The position numbers and the translations under genes were made by a program. A DNA stretch of 64,000 nt, taken from positions 8,140 through 72,139 of the IMG/VR virus record IMGVR_UViG_2706795703_000001; one strand, 5' to 3'. The DNA comes from a virus. Lineage: Duplodnaviria; Caudoviricetes. Every line of letters starts with the position of its first letter. The first letter of the stretch is position 1. Positions 36,801 through 45,184 of this stretch are shown piece after piece. Under the pieces are notes generated by a model. It worked only from the letters and a program-made list of their open reading frames with translations. It did no database searches and was not told the origin of the DNA.

Positions 36801-38138
36801 TTACAGCAGCTCAGCGACGGTGCCGCCAAACTCGTTCAGTTCGTCGTCCCAGACGTCCTGATACGTCTCATAGACCGCCTGCCCCTCTTCGGCGGTCGTA
36901 ATCTCCGACAGTGCCAGCCGCGCGGTGGCGTAGCGCACTGCCTCCTTGCTGGGCATGGGCACCGCGTGCTGCGGTACCAGCTTCTCGGCCTCCTTGCGGC
37001 GGCGACGGGCGTCCAGGCTGGCCACCATGGTCTCAGCGCCCCAGGTCAGGTCGATGGTGATGGCGGCGGCGCGGTCGGGCTGGTTGCTGGGCACGTGCAG
37101 CAGGATGGCGAAGTCGTCGCGGATGTCGGGCATGGGCTCCCATCCCTTGCCGTCGATGGTCAGCATCTTGGTGGCCCAGCCATAGACCCCGCCGACCTGC
37201 ACGCCGAATGGCAGCCAGCTGTACTCCAGGGACTTGCTGGACTTGACGTCACCCAGCACCAGCTCGCCGGTGGTCACCAGCTTGAAAATGCGGTCGATCT
37301 TGCCCGCCACCGGCTCGTCGCCCCGGTCGTTCAGCACCGTGCGTTCGACGTACTCCGGCAGCGCCACGATGCCCCGGTGGGCCATGACCTTGCGGGCGTA
37401 GTGCACGTGGGGCTTGACGACGTCGGGCACCTGGTGCAGCAGCACCAGCCCGCAATCCAGGGCTTCCAGCCAGGCGTGGACACATTCGCCCAGTTCGCGG
37501 GCGTCGGCCCCGCCCATGCAATTGTCGATGGTCTCCAGCACCGCGTTGATGCGGGTCACCTTGGGCTGGTTGGTCGCTTCGTCCAGCAGGCCGATCAGGT
37601 CGGCGGCGGTGACGCCTTCGGGGCTGCCATCGTCGTAGACCTTGGTGGCCGGGTCCATACGCAGCAGCGCCACCACCCGCCCGACGGTCTCGCGCATGGC
37701 CCATTTGTGCAGGCCGCTGACGTCGTCCAGTGTCTTGGCAATGGTGGTGGCCCGGGGGTAGCCGGTGGGGCGGCCGGTGGTCGGGCTGGGCAGCTGGTAC
37801 CAGCCCCACCCGTTGAACTTGGACTCGGCGCGCGGCGGGGCCGGGGGCAGCGGGTAATGCATCCACTGGGTGACGCGCGCCACCGCCTGGAAGTCCTCGG
37901 TCAGCTCGGTGGGGCCAGAACGTGCCATGGTGGGCGTCTCCTCGGTGTTGGGGGTGGTTGTGTCGGCCGGGGCCGTTTCGTGCGCCTGCGGGGCAGCCAG
38001 GGGCTCAGGGGCCCCGTCTGCGCGGTAGTCGGGGTGGGCCTGGTTGATGTCGGCGGTCCACCCGTCACCCTTGGTCTCGCGGTACCAGGTGGTGCCGTTG
38101 GTGTCGGTGCGGGCCGGATGCATCAGCGCAAACCTCAC
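36801..38138 (-). CDS. PD-(D/E)xK / Cas4-like exonuclease (445 aa; strong alternative start at 37928, 375 aa)
   Basis: PRATTIAK, E..V......AGKIDRI....LGDVKS...QV..Y motifs. Confidence 0.75.
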   Translation of the reverse strand: MRFALMHPARTDTNGTTWYRETKGDGWTADINQAHPDYRADGAPEPLAAPQAHETAPADTTTPNTEETPTMARSGPTELTEDFQAVARVTQWMHYPLPPAPPRAESKFNGWGWYQLPSPTTGRPTGYPRATTIAKTLDDVSGLHKWAMRETVGRVVALLRMDPATKVYDDGSPEGVTAADLIGLLDEATNQPKVTRINAVLETIDNCMGGADARELGECVHAWLEALDCGLVLLHQVPDVVKPHVHYARKVMAHRGIVALPEYVERTVLNDRGDEPVAGKIDRIFKLVTTGELVLGDVKSSKSLEYSWLPFGVQVGGVYGWATKMLTIDGKGWEPMPDIRDDFAILLHVPSNQPDRAAAITIDLTWGAETMVASLDARRRRKEAEKLVPQHAVPMPSKEAVRYATARLALSEITTAEEGQAVYETYQDVWDDELNEFGGTVAELL

Positions 38139-38323
38139 GCCGACCTCCGCAGCCAGCCGCGCACCGTGGACGGGTCACGGCGCAGCTTGCGGGCAATCTG
38201 GCCGGGCGTCAGGCCCCGGGCGGCCATGTCGACCGCCTGGGCAATCAGCTCGGGGCTGGCCGGTGGCTGGCGCTTGGCCAGCTGGGGCGCAGCCAGGGCG
38301 GTGACCGCCCGACCCCGGCGCAT
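38135..38323 (-). CDS. Small HTH protein (62 aa)
   Basis: GLTPGQIARKLRRDPSTVRGWL; coupled to the helicase stop. Confidence 0.7.
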   Translation of the reverse strand: MRRGRAVTALAAPQLAKRQPPASPELIAQAVDMAARGLTPGQIARKLRRDPSTVRGWLRRSA

Positions 38324-40023
38324 CACGCCTCCAGCCCACGGTCGAGCACCCGGCTGGTGACGCGGATGCTGATTTCGTCGGACAGCCGCGCCTTGGTCAT
38401 GTCCTCGGCCAGCACGATGCCCAGGCTGGCGGCGTAGTTCAGCTGGGCCTGGCTGGGGGCCTGGTTGTTGCGCCATGACGCCTTACGTTCGGGCAGCTGC
38501 TGGTCCGACTCGACAATCCACACCTCGGCGTTCTCCAGCGCGGTGGTCAGGTCGGTGTAATCCGGCTCGTCGCACGGGTACCTGCCGCTAGCGGTTACCC
38601 AGCCCCCGCGCTTGACGCGGGTACCAATCTGACCGATGGCCCAGCGGGTGCTGGCGACGTCGTCGCGGGCGGGCATAACCCCATCCTCGGGCCAGACAAA
38701 TACCACCTGGTTGTTTTCCATCAGCGGCAGGAAGGGCACCCCGCCGACGGTCTCCATCCACACCAGGTCGCTGTTGGCCAGCAGGTCGATGCTGACCATT
38801 TCGACGGGGCCCTGGCGCACCACCTTGATGTCGGGCTCGCCACCGCCCAGCAGCTCCTCCAGGTCGGGCTCGATGTCCTGGCCCGCCTCGTCCACCTCGC
38901 GCACCTCTGCGCCGGTGTCCAGCTGGGTCAGGCTGACCAGCTTCATGGCCCGCGCCGACCCGGCCAGGTCCAGCACCAGGGCGTCGGACTTGTCGGGGTA
39001 CAGCCGCAGCGCGCGCCCGACCATCTGGCTGTAGAGGTTACGGCTGCGGGTCGGCCGGGCCAGCACCACGGTGTCGCACATCGGGAAGTCCGCGCCCTCG
39101 GTCAGCACCTGGACGGTCACCAGTGCGCGGGCGGTGCCGTCACGGAAGCTGTCGTAGACCGGCAGCCGGTCGGCGTACTGCATGGCCCCGGTGACCGCGA
39201 CGGCGGGGAAATCGGCTTCGGTCAGCGCGTCGGCGATGTGGTGGGCGGCGTCGACGCTGGCGGCGAAGATGATCGGGCGGCGGTCGGCGGCGTGCATCTT
39301 GATGGCGTCCACGACGTACTCGGTGGCGGCCTCCATGACCTCGGCCAGCTCGCCCTGGTGGAAGTCACCGGCGACGCTGCGCACGTCGTTCAGGGCGTCC
39401 AGGCCCTTGATGCGCACGGTCAGCCCGCGCGGCTGGACCAGGAAACCCTTCTTGATGGCCCAGCGAATATCCTTCTCGTAGCTGATCTTCTGGATGACGT
39501 CGCCCAGGCCAATGACCCCGCGTTCGTTGCGGTACATGGTGGCGGTGAACCCGGCCATCAGGGCGTCGTCGTAGCCGCCCAGCTCGCTGAATGTGGTGTG
39601 GAAACCTTCGGCACCAGCGTGGTGGACCTCGTCCCACAGGATGACGTGGCGCTTGCCCAGGGCGTGGCGGCGGTGGGCCGTGGCCAGGGTCTGCAACGTG
39701 GCGAAGACGATGGGGCAGTGGTGGTCATCCACCTCGGCGCGCACGATGCCGATGTGGTCGGGGTCGATGGTGGGGTCGACGGCCAGCAGATCGCGGCGCA
39801 TCTGGTCCAGCAGTTCGCCCCGGTGGGCCAAGGCGACAACGCGCTGGCCCCGGCGGTAGGCGCGGCGGGCGACTTCGCCGATGACGCTGGACTTGCCGGA
39901 CCCGGTCGGGAGGACGACACCGACGCGGTTGCTTCCTTCGGCCCAGTCGCGCTCTACGGCGTCGGCGGCTGCCACCTGGTAGTCGCGGAGCTGGCGCGGG
40001 GCCGGTACTGCGGTGCTGGTCAT
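38323..40023 (-). CDS. Superfamily II DNA helicase (566 aa)
   Basis: LRDYQ, LPTGSGKS, DEVHH, GFTAT, VLTEGADFP, QMVGRALR motifs; ATG 40023. Confidence 0.92.
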   Translation of the reverse strand: MTSTAVPAPRQLRDYQVAAADAVERDWAEGSNRVGVVLPTGSGKSSVIGEVARRAYRRGQRVVALAHRGELLDQMRRDLLAVDPTIDPDHIGIVRAEVDDHHCPIVFATLQTLATAHRRHALGKRHVILWDEVHHAGAEGFHTTFSELGGYDDALMAGFTATMYRNERGVIGLGDVIQKISYEKDIRWAIKKGFLVQPRGLTVRIKGLDALNDVRSVAGDFHQGELAEVMEAATEYVVDAIKMHAADRRPIIFAASVDAAHHIADALTEADFPAVAVTGAMQYADRLPVYDSFRDGTARALVTVQVLTEGADFPMCDTVVLARPTRSRNLYSQMVGRALRLYPDKSDALVLDLAGSARAMKLVSLTQLDTGAEVREVDEAGQDIEPDLEELLGGGEPDIKVVRQGPVEMVSIDLLANSDLVWMETVGGVPFLPLMENNQVVFVWPEDGVMPARDDVASTRWAIGQIGTRVKRGGWVTASGRYPCDEPDYTDLTTALENAEVWIVESDQQLPERKASWRNNQAPSQAQLNYAASLGIVLAEDMTKARLSDEISIRVTSRVLDRGLEA

Positions 40024-40080
40024 GTGCGGGTGCTTTCGTCTATGTGGTTGTGGTGCTGGTGTTTGTGTTGTGTGGTGTGC

Positions 40081-40157
40081 CGGTCGGCCGGGGTGACCTG
40101 GATGCAGCCCGGCCGACCGACTCCCACAAACTAACCCGACAGTGGCGGGTAAGTCAA
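40081..40157 (-). promoter_or_regulatory. Operator-promoter cassette 3 (TTGACT-N18-TAGTTT) with a 12-bp leader hairpin
   Basis: -35 at 40152-57, -10 at 40128-33; stem 40081-92 pairs with 40108-19. Confidence 0.8.
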
Positions 40158-40382
40158 CTAGGACCGGTAATCGTCCTCGGCGTCTGTGAAAACGTCCACG
40201 TCGCGCATCTGCGGAACGTCGTCCAGCTCCAGGGTGACCGTGACGCCTTCGCGCACGTTGCCCAGCTGGGCCAGCATGTCGCGTACCTTGTCGGTGATGC
40301 GCTGCTGCGCCTCCTCGATGTCGGTGGCGAAATGCGGGTCGATGTCCACCGAGGTCACGACGCGCGCCCGTATGACAATCAT
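40158..40382 (-). CDS. Hypothetical protein (74 aa)
   Basis: ATGA coupling with the upstream gene. Confidence 0.6.
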   Translation of the reverse strand: MIVIRARVVTSVDIDPHFATDIEEAQQRITDKVRDMLAQLGNVREGVTVTLELDDVPQMRDVDVFTDAEDDYRS

Positions 40383-40777
40383 GCGGCGATCCATCCCGGC
40401 TCGTCCCAGAGCGGTGTGTTGACCGCGCCCGGGGCGTCGCTGACGTCGTAGACCTCGACCCCGTTACTGCGGAACGGCACATAGCGTTCGGGGTAGTAGT
40501 TGCAGATGCGGTAATAGGTACCCGAGCAGCTGCTGTAGGCGTTGATGGTGTGGGCGGGGGTATAGAACTCGCGGTAGCGGGTCCAGCTGCCGTCGGCCCT
40601 GCGCGGGGTGTCGCAGAGGTCGCGGGCGGTGCCCTTGCCCAGCCAGATGCCGGTGGTGGTCTGGCAGTGCGTACCCGGGGGCAGCACGTCGGCCTTGGCG
40701 TCAGTGGTGGAAGCGGCGAAGCCGATCACCAACAGGGCGCTCAGGCTGACGATGGCCAGCGCTATGCGGCGCTTCAC
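40379..40777 (-). CDS. Secreted CDGP-like protein (132 aa)
   Basis: Signal peptide (MKRRIALAIV...AKA); LCDTPRRADGSWTRYREF. Confidence 0.7.
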   Translation of the reverse strand: MKRRIALAIVSLSALLVIGFAASTTDAKADVLPPGTHCQTTTGIWLGKGTARDLCDTPRRADGSWTRYREFYTPAHTINAYSSCSGTYYRICNYYPERYVPFRSNGVEVYDVSDAPGAVNTPLWDEPGWIAA

Positions 40778-41238
40778 GATGCCACCTCGTTGGCTGCGGC
40801 CTGGAAGACGTGGCCCAGCTTGGTCAGCCCCAGCAGCTTCAGCTCGTTGGCGCTGACGGTGTCGCCGGTGGCCGCCTTAAGCACCTCCAGCAGCGCCCGG
40901 GTCTCGGTCACCTGCACCGCCGACAGCAGGCCCTGGGGCTTGGTGACGGCCTTACGGATGTCGTAGTCGGCGGGCGGGGCGTAGAAGACGTACTCGACGT
41001 CCGACAGCCCCAACGCCTTGTGGGCGTCGAACTTGGTGGGGGCGGCGTTGCCCGCCTTGCGCAGCTGCTTGCTCAGCCAGTCGCGCAGCTGGGCCATGGC
41101 CTGCGGGGACCATTCGCCCCGGTGGTTGTCCTGGTAATCCTTGATGGCCCGGGCGTGGTCCTTCTGGGCCTTCTCGTGGTTGGTCAGTGCCGCCTGGGCA
41201 GTCTTGACCAGCGCAGTGCGACTGAATGAAACGGACAT
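40774..41238 (-). CDS. Hypothetical protein (154 aa)
   Basis: SD AAGGAG; first gene after cassette 4. Confidence 0.75.
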   Translation of the reverse strand: MSVSFSRTALVKTAQAALTNHEKAQKDHARAIKDYQDNHRGEWSPQAMAQLRDWLSKQLRKAGNAAPTKFDAHKALGLSDVEYVFYAPPADYDIRKAVTKPQGLLSAVQVTETRALLEVLKAATGDTVSANELKLLGLTKLGHVFQAAANEVAS

Positions 41239-41282
41239 AGCGGTGGTTCTCCTTCGTGGTTGTGTACTGCGGTGTTGTGGGG

Positions 41283-41312
41283 AGACTAGCCCGACATAGG
41301 CGGGCTAGTCCA
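41283..41312 (-). promoter_or_regulatory. Operator-promoter cassette 4 (TGGACT-N18-TAGTCT)
   Basis: Spacer AGCCCGCCTATGTCGGGC; variant -35; no leader hairpin. Confidence 0.7.
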
Positions 41313-41320
41313 CTCCCGTT

Positions 41321-44134
41321 TTAGTCCTGGTCGTTGACTTCGGCAGCGGCCAGTACACGTGCCTGCTCGGCGGTGTTCACGCTGGGGATGTAGCGCGCCC
41401 CCGACGGGGTGCCGGTCAGGGTCTCAATCAGCCCGTAGCGCAGGCCACGGTCCACGGCTTCGGCCACGCGCTGCTTCCAGTAGACCGGGGTGTCCTTCCG
41501 GCTGAGCGCGTAGGCGTCAGGGCGCACGGCCAGGGCAATCTCGGTGCGCGTCGCACCCTGCTGGGTCAGGTTGTCGACAAACTCGCGGATGCGGATCGCG
41601 GTCTCCACCACGGTCTCCGGCAGCGGCCTGGCCAGCACGACGGCACCCTGCATCGGGTCAACGTCACCGTTGGGCCCGGTGATCAGTGGCGCGGACACGT
41701 CACCGCCCAGGTCATGGTTCAGCATCAGCAGCGGGATGGGGGTTTCCAGCTGCTCGGCGTTCTTCTGCTTGCTGGTGGTGATTTCGATGCACTTGCCGGG
41801 TAGCCGCCCGTCGGCGTCGGCAATCTGGGTGATGTCCCAGGTAGCCATGCGCACCAGCAGCTCGCTGTCCAGTGCCCCGTTCAGTGCGCTGGACCCCCGG
41901 GCGGTGTCGGGTGCGCCCTTGGCGGTGTGGTGCACCACCATGACCCCCGCGTTGGTCAGCTCGCGCAGCTTGTCGAACCGGCGCACGGCCTTGCCCACGT
42001 CGGTCGCGCTGTTCTCCTCCAGCCCGGCTGACATGCGGGCGAAGGTGTCGAAGACGACCAGGCCGATGCCCTGGCGGGCGATGTAGGCGGCGATCTCGCC
42101 CCACGCCTCGTTCTGGGCGCTGACCAGGATGATGCCGTTGCCCAGCAGCAGGTCATCCTCCAGTTCGACGTCGTGGGCATCCTCCCACGCCTTCAGGCGC
42201 TGCACCGCACCCGACAGACCTTCGCCAGGCAGGTACAGCACGCGGGTTTTGCGGGTGGTCCGGCCCTGCCAGTTCTTGCCGGTGGCGATGTGGCACAGCA
42301 TGTCGAGCACCACGGTGGACTTGCCGACCCCGGGCGGGCCGATGACCGACGACAGCCCGCCGTGTTCGATCAGCCCGTCGATGATGTACTCCGGCGGCGG
42401 CATGTCGCGCCAGTGGCTGAAGGGCGCGATGCGGGGCACCCCGTTGTGCGGGGAGTCGAACACGTCGGGGTCGGGGTCGTCCACCTCGTCGGCATACGGG
42501 CTGTCGGCCTTGCCGAAGTCGGCGGGCAGGTCGCTCAGGTCGGCGGCGTAGTCCACCGGGGTGTCAGCCAGCCGCTCCTCCACCAGGTCGGGGGCTTCGA
42601 TCAGATGGTCCTCGGCGGCGTCGGCGGTACCGCTGTGGTGGTACCACTGGCCTTCCGACTCGAAAGCGTCGTCCGGCCCGATGGTTGCGCCGCACTGGCA
42701 GACCACCGTGTTGTCCTCGGCCTGGTCCTCGGGATAGATGTTGCGGTCCTGCTGCTCACGCACGGCCAGCTCGGACTCGTCAACCTGGGGCAGGTCGAAC
42801 TCGCCGTCGCCGTTCATCTTGTGCTCGCGATCGACACCCTTGGGGTCCAGGCCCGGCTCCACGCTCAGGTCCGGCGTCACGTCCATGTCGTCCATGGCCT
42901 TGCCGACGTTGCCGCCGTAGTTGATCAGCGCCACCGCCTGGAGCTTGCTGATGGTGCTGGTGCCCTTGTCAGCCACCCACTGGTCAAACGGCTCGGCGGG
43001 GTTGTCGGTCCAGATGTGCAGCGGCGCGTTCGTCTCGGTGTAGCGCCCGGCGGTGCAGCCGGTGTCATGCGCGGTGGCCGACTTCGGGCTGGCGTGGGTG
43101 CCGGGGGCGGTCCACACCGCGCACCCGCACCCGTCGGCACGCGGGGCCGGGGTCCACCCCAGCGGTTCCAGGATGTTGGCCCAGGTGACCGTCTCAGCCC
43201 AGGCGTCGATGGCGGTAGCCAGTTCGGTGGCCTCGGGGCTGTCGGCGTTGGCGGCGGCGCGCTGCACCCGGCGTTCGCCAGCTGCCATGATGGCCTGGCC
43301 CAGCCAGTCGGGCAGTTCGTAAACGTGCCCCAGCTGCTCATAGGCCCCCTCGGGCCGGGTCGACGGCGGGATGAGGACGTAGCGGCGGTCCCACAGCACG
43401 GCGAACCCGTTGTCGCCGCCCCAGGTCATGGCACCGATGTGGCGGGGCAGCACCGGCAGCAGTTCGTCGGGGACGGTGAACCAGAAGTGCCCGCCGTCGG
43501 CGTGGGCCCACGTGGTCGGGTCATCGGGGTCAGCGTCGGGCCCCAGCTGGCCCGGCGTCAGCACGGTGGGGGCCGGGCGCTGGGTCGGGTCATCAATCTC
43601 GGCGGCCTCGAACCAGCGGTCTACCTGGGCGGCGGTGTCGCAATCCACGACGACCACGCCGCTGCTGCCGACCTCGACCGCCAGGTTGACGGCGGCGGGC
43701 TTCACCATGACGATTTCGCCCGCGTCGAACGCCTTCTTGGTGTAGTTGACCTCGTCGCCGGTGACGACTGCCCCGCCTGCGGCGTCGACCCCGTCGGTGA
43801 CCACTACCGCCCACGTGCTGAACAGTTCGATGTAGCGCTTCAGGTACCGCTCGAGTGTGGCCTTGTCGCTGGTGGCCAGCGCCAGCCCCGATGCGCTCTT
43901 GACGGTGTGCCAGTCGCGGCGACCGGCAGCCTGCGCGGCCTCCTGGGCGGCCTTGTCGTCCTTCTTGCGGGCCAGCGGGGTACGCAGGTCGGCAGGGGCC
44001 TTGCTGTCGGGGTAGATAAACATCAAGTTCAGGCCCAGGTCAGCGGCCTGCCGGACGTACGCGCGGACGGCGTCGTGGTTGGTGTTGTCGATACCGGAGC
44101 CCAATACGGCCTCCAGCGGTTTCGATCCCAGCAT
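41321..44134 (-). CDS. Bifunctional primase/polymerase fused to RepA-like AAA helicase (937 aa)
   Basis: Prim-Pol motifs VVVDCD and GGHFWF; Walker A GPPGVGKS; Walker B VVFDT. Confidence 0.9.
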   Translation of the reverse strand: MLGSKPLEAVLGSGIDNTNHDAVRAYVRQAADLGLNLMFIYPDSKAPADLRTPLARKKDDKAAQEAAQAAGRRDWHTVKSASGLALATSDKATLERYLKRYIELFSTWAVVVTDGVDAAGGAVVTGDEVNYTKKAFDAGEIVMVKPAAVNLAVEVGSSGVVVVDCDTAAQVDRWFEAAEIDDPTQRPAPTVLTPGQLGPDADPDDPTTWAHADGGHFWFTVPDELLPVLPRHIGAMTWGGDNGFAVLWDRRYVLIPPSTRPEGAYEQLGHVYELPDWLGQAIMAAGERRVQRAAANADSPEATELATAIDAWAETVTWANILEPLGWTPAPRADGCGCAVWTAPGTHASPKSATAHDTGCTAGRYTETNAPLHIWTDNPAEPFDQWVADKGTSTISKLQAVALINYGGNVGKAMDDMDVTPDLSVEPGLDPKGVDREHKMNGDGEFDLPQVDESELAVREQQDRNIYPEDQAEDNTVVCQCGATIGPDDAFESEGQWYHHSGTADAAEDHLIEAPDLVEERLADTPVDYAADLSDLPADFGKADSPYADEVDDPDPDVFDSPHNGVPRIAPFSHWRDMPPPEYIIDGLIEHGGLSSVIGPPGVGKSTVVLDMLCHIATGKNWQGRTTRKTRVLYLPGEGLSGAVQRLKAWEDAHDVELEDDLLLGNGIILVSAQNEAWGEIAAYIARQGIGLVVFDTFARMSAGLEENSATDVGKAVRRFDKLRELTNAGVMVVHHTAKGAPDTARGSSALNGALDSELLVRMATWDITQIADADGRLPGKCIEITTSKQKNAEQLETPIPLLMLNHDLGGDVSAPLITGPNGDVDPMQGAVVLARPLPETVVETAIRIREFVDNLTQQGATRTEIALAVRPDAYALSRKDTPVYWKQRVAEAVDRGLRYGLIETLTGTPSGARYIPSVNTAEQARVLAAAEVNDQD

Positions 44135-44165
44135 GTGGTGCCTTTCGTGGTTGTGGTGGGTCGGT

Positions 44166-44852
44166 CTAGGTGTGGCGGCCGGGCTTGGCGGCGATGGCCC
44201 CGCCCAGGGCGGCGTAACCGATCATGTCGGCCCAGCTGTCGGCGTGGTCGATGGTCACCGTCAGCCGTGACGCCTTCAGCAGCACCATGCACAGCGCCAC
44301 CTGCTCGGCGCTGACGTCGATGCCCAGCACGGCCGACCACAGTTTCCCGGTCTGGTCGAAGTTGTCCAGGGCGTCGCCGTAGTCGGCGTTGCGGGGGCCG
44401 TTGACCAGCCCGGCGGCGGTGGCGCACAAGTCCCCTGCCCGCTGGGCGGTGCTGCGCTGGTCCATGATCTTGTCGCGCTGATCGGGGGTGATCATGCCCG
44501 CTTCCACGGCTTCGTCAATCGACCGTTCAATGGCGGCGTCGAATGCCTCGGCGGTGCGCTGGCGCGTGGTCTGCGCGTCGGCCCATGCGATGTAGTCGGC
44601 CTCGGTGGCGAACCGCACGTGCGGCGGTGGCACCCCGGGGGTCGGGGCCCCGTGGCGGCGGCAGTCCATGCCGGGCAGCGACCAGCAGCTGCACGGCGGA
44701 TCCAGCTTCATACCGACGACCTGCTGGTGGCGCTGGACCCAGTCGGATACGACGTGGCATCGGCACCCGATGACGTGGTTGTCGTTGGGGCATTCGTCGC
44801 TGGGGTCTGGGGGCAGCATCGGCGGGCCGAAATCCTCGTCAGCGTCAGGCAC
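44166..44852 (-). CDS. DUF6378-like protein (228 aa; in-frame extension to 44993 possible)
   Basis: C-terminal PRNADYG...NF...LW...VALCMVLLKASR...DSWADMIGY; SD AAGGAG before GTG 44852. Confidence 0.7.
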   Translation of the reverse strand: MPDADEDFGPPMLPPDPSDECPNDNHVIGCRCHVVSDWVQRHQQVVGMKLDPPCSCWSLPGMDCRRHGAPTPGVPPPHVRFATEADYIAWADAQTTRQRTAEAFDAAIERSIDEAVEAGMITPDQRDKIMDQRSTAQRAGDLCATAAGLVNGPRNADYGDALDNFDQTGKLWSAVLGIDVSAEQVALCMVLLKASRLTVTIDHADSWADMIGYAALGGAIAAKPGRHT

Positions 44853-44989
44853 TGCGGTCTCCTTCGTGGTGGTTGTGGTTGCGGTGGTACCGGGCAGCCT
44901 AGCCGCGCCGATGACGGCCTTGAATGCCCCGCAGGTGCAGGCGATCCCGGCCGGGGTCAGGAACTCGCACCCCGGGGCGTGCAGCACGG

Positions 44990-45184
44990 TCACGACCGCG
45001 TCCAGGTGGTGACGGTCTGGCGGCTGACGCCCAGCGCCCGGGCCAGGTCGGCGCGGCTGACGCCCTGGGCGCGGTACTGCTTGGCGGCGCGGCGGGCGGC
45101 GGCCATGGCGCGGTCGACGTCGCGGCGGGCGGTGGCCAGCTGCTGCCCGGCGTGCTCCAGGTGGCGGCGCTGTTCGTCGGTCAT
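44990..45184 (-). CDS. Small HTH protein (64 aa)
   Basis: GVSRADLARALGVSRQTVTTW; ATGA coupling to the polymerase. Confidence 0.75.
   Translation of the reverse strand: MTDEQRRHLEHAGQQLATARRDVDRAMAAARRAAKQYRAQGVSRADLARALGVSRQTVTTWTRS

Noticed and set aside
36801-38138. CRISPR Cas4 adaptation gene
   Set aside because: A stand-alone PD-(D/E)xK exonuclease in a replication operon without cas1/cas2 or an array.
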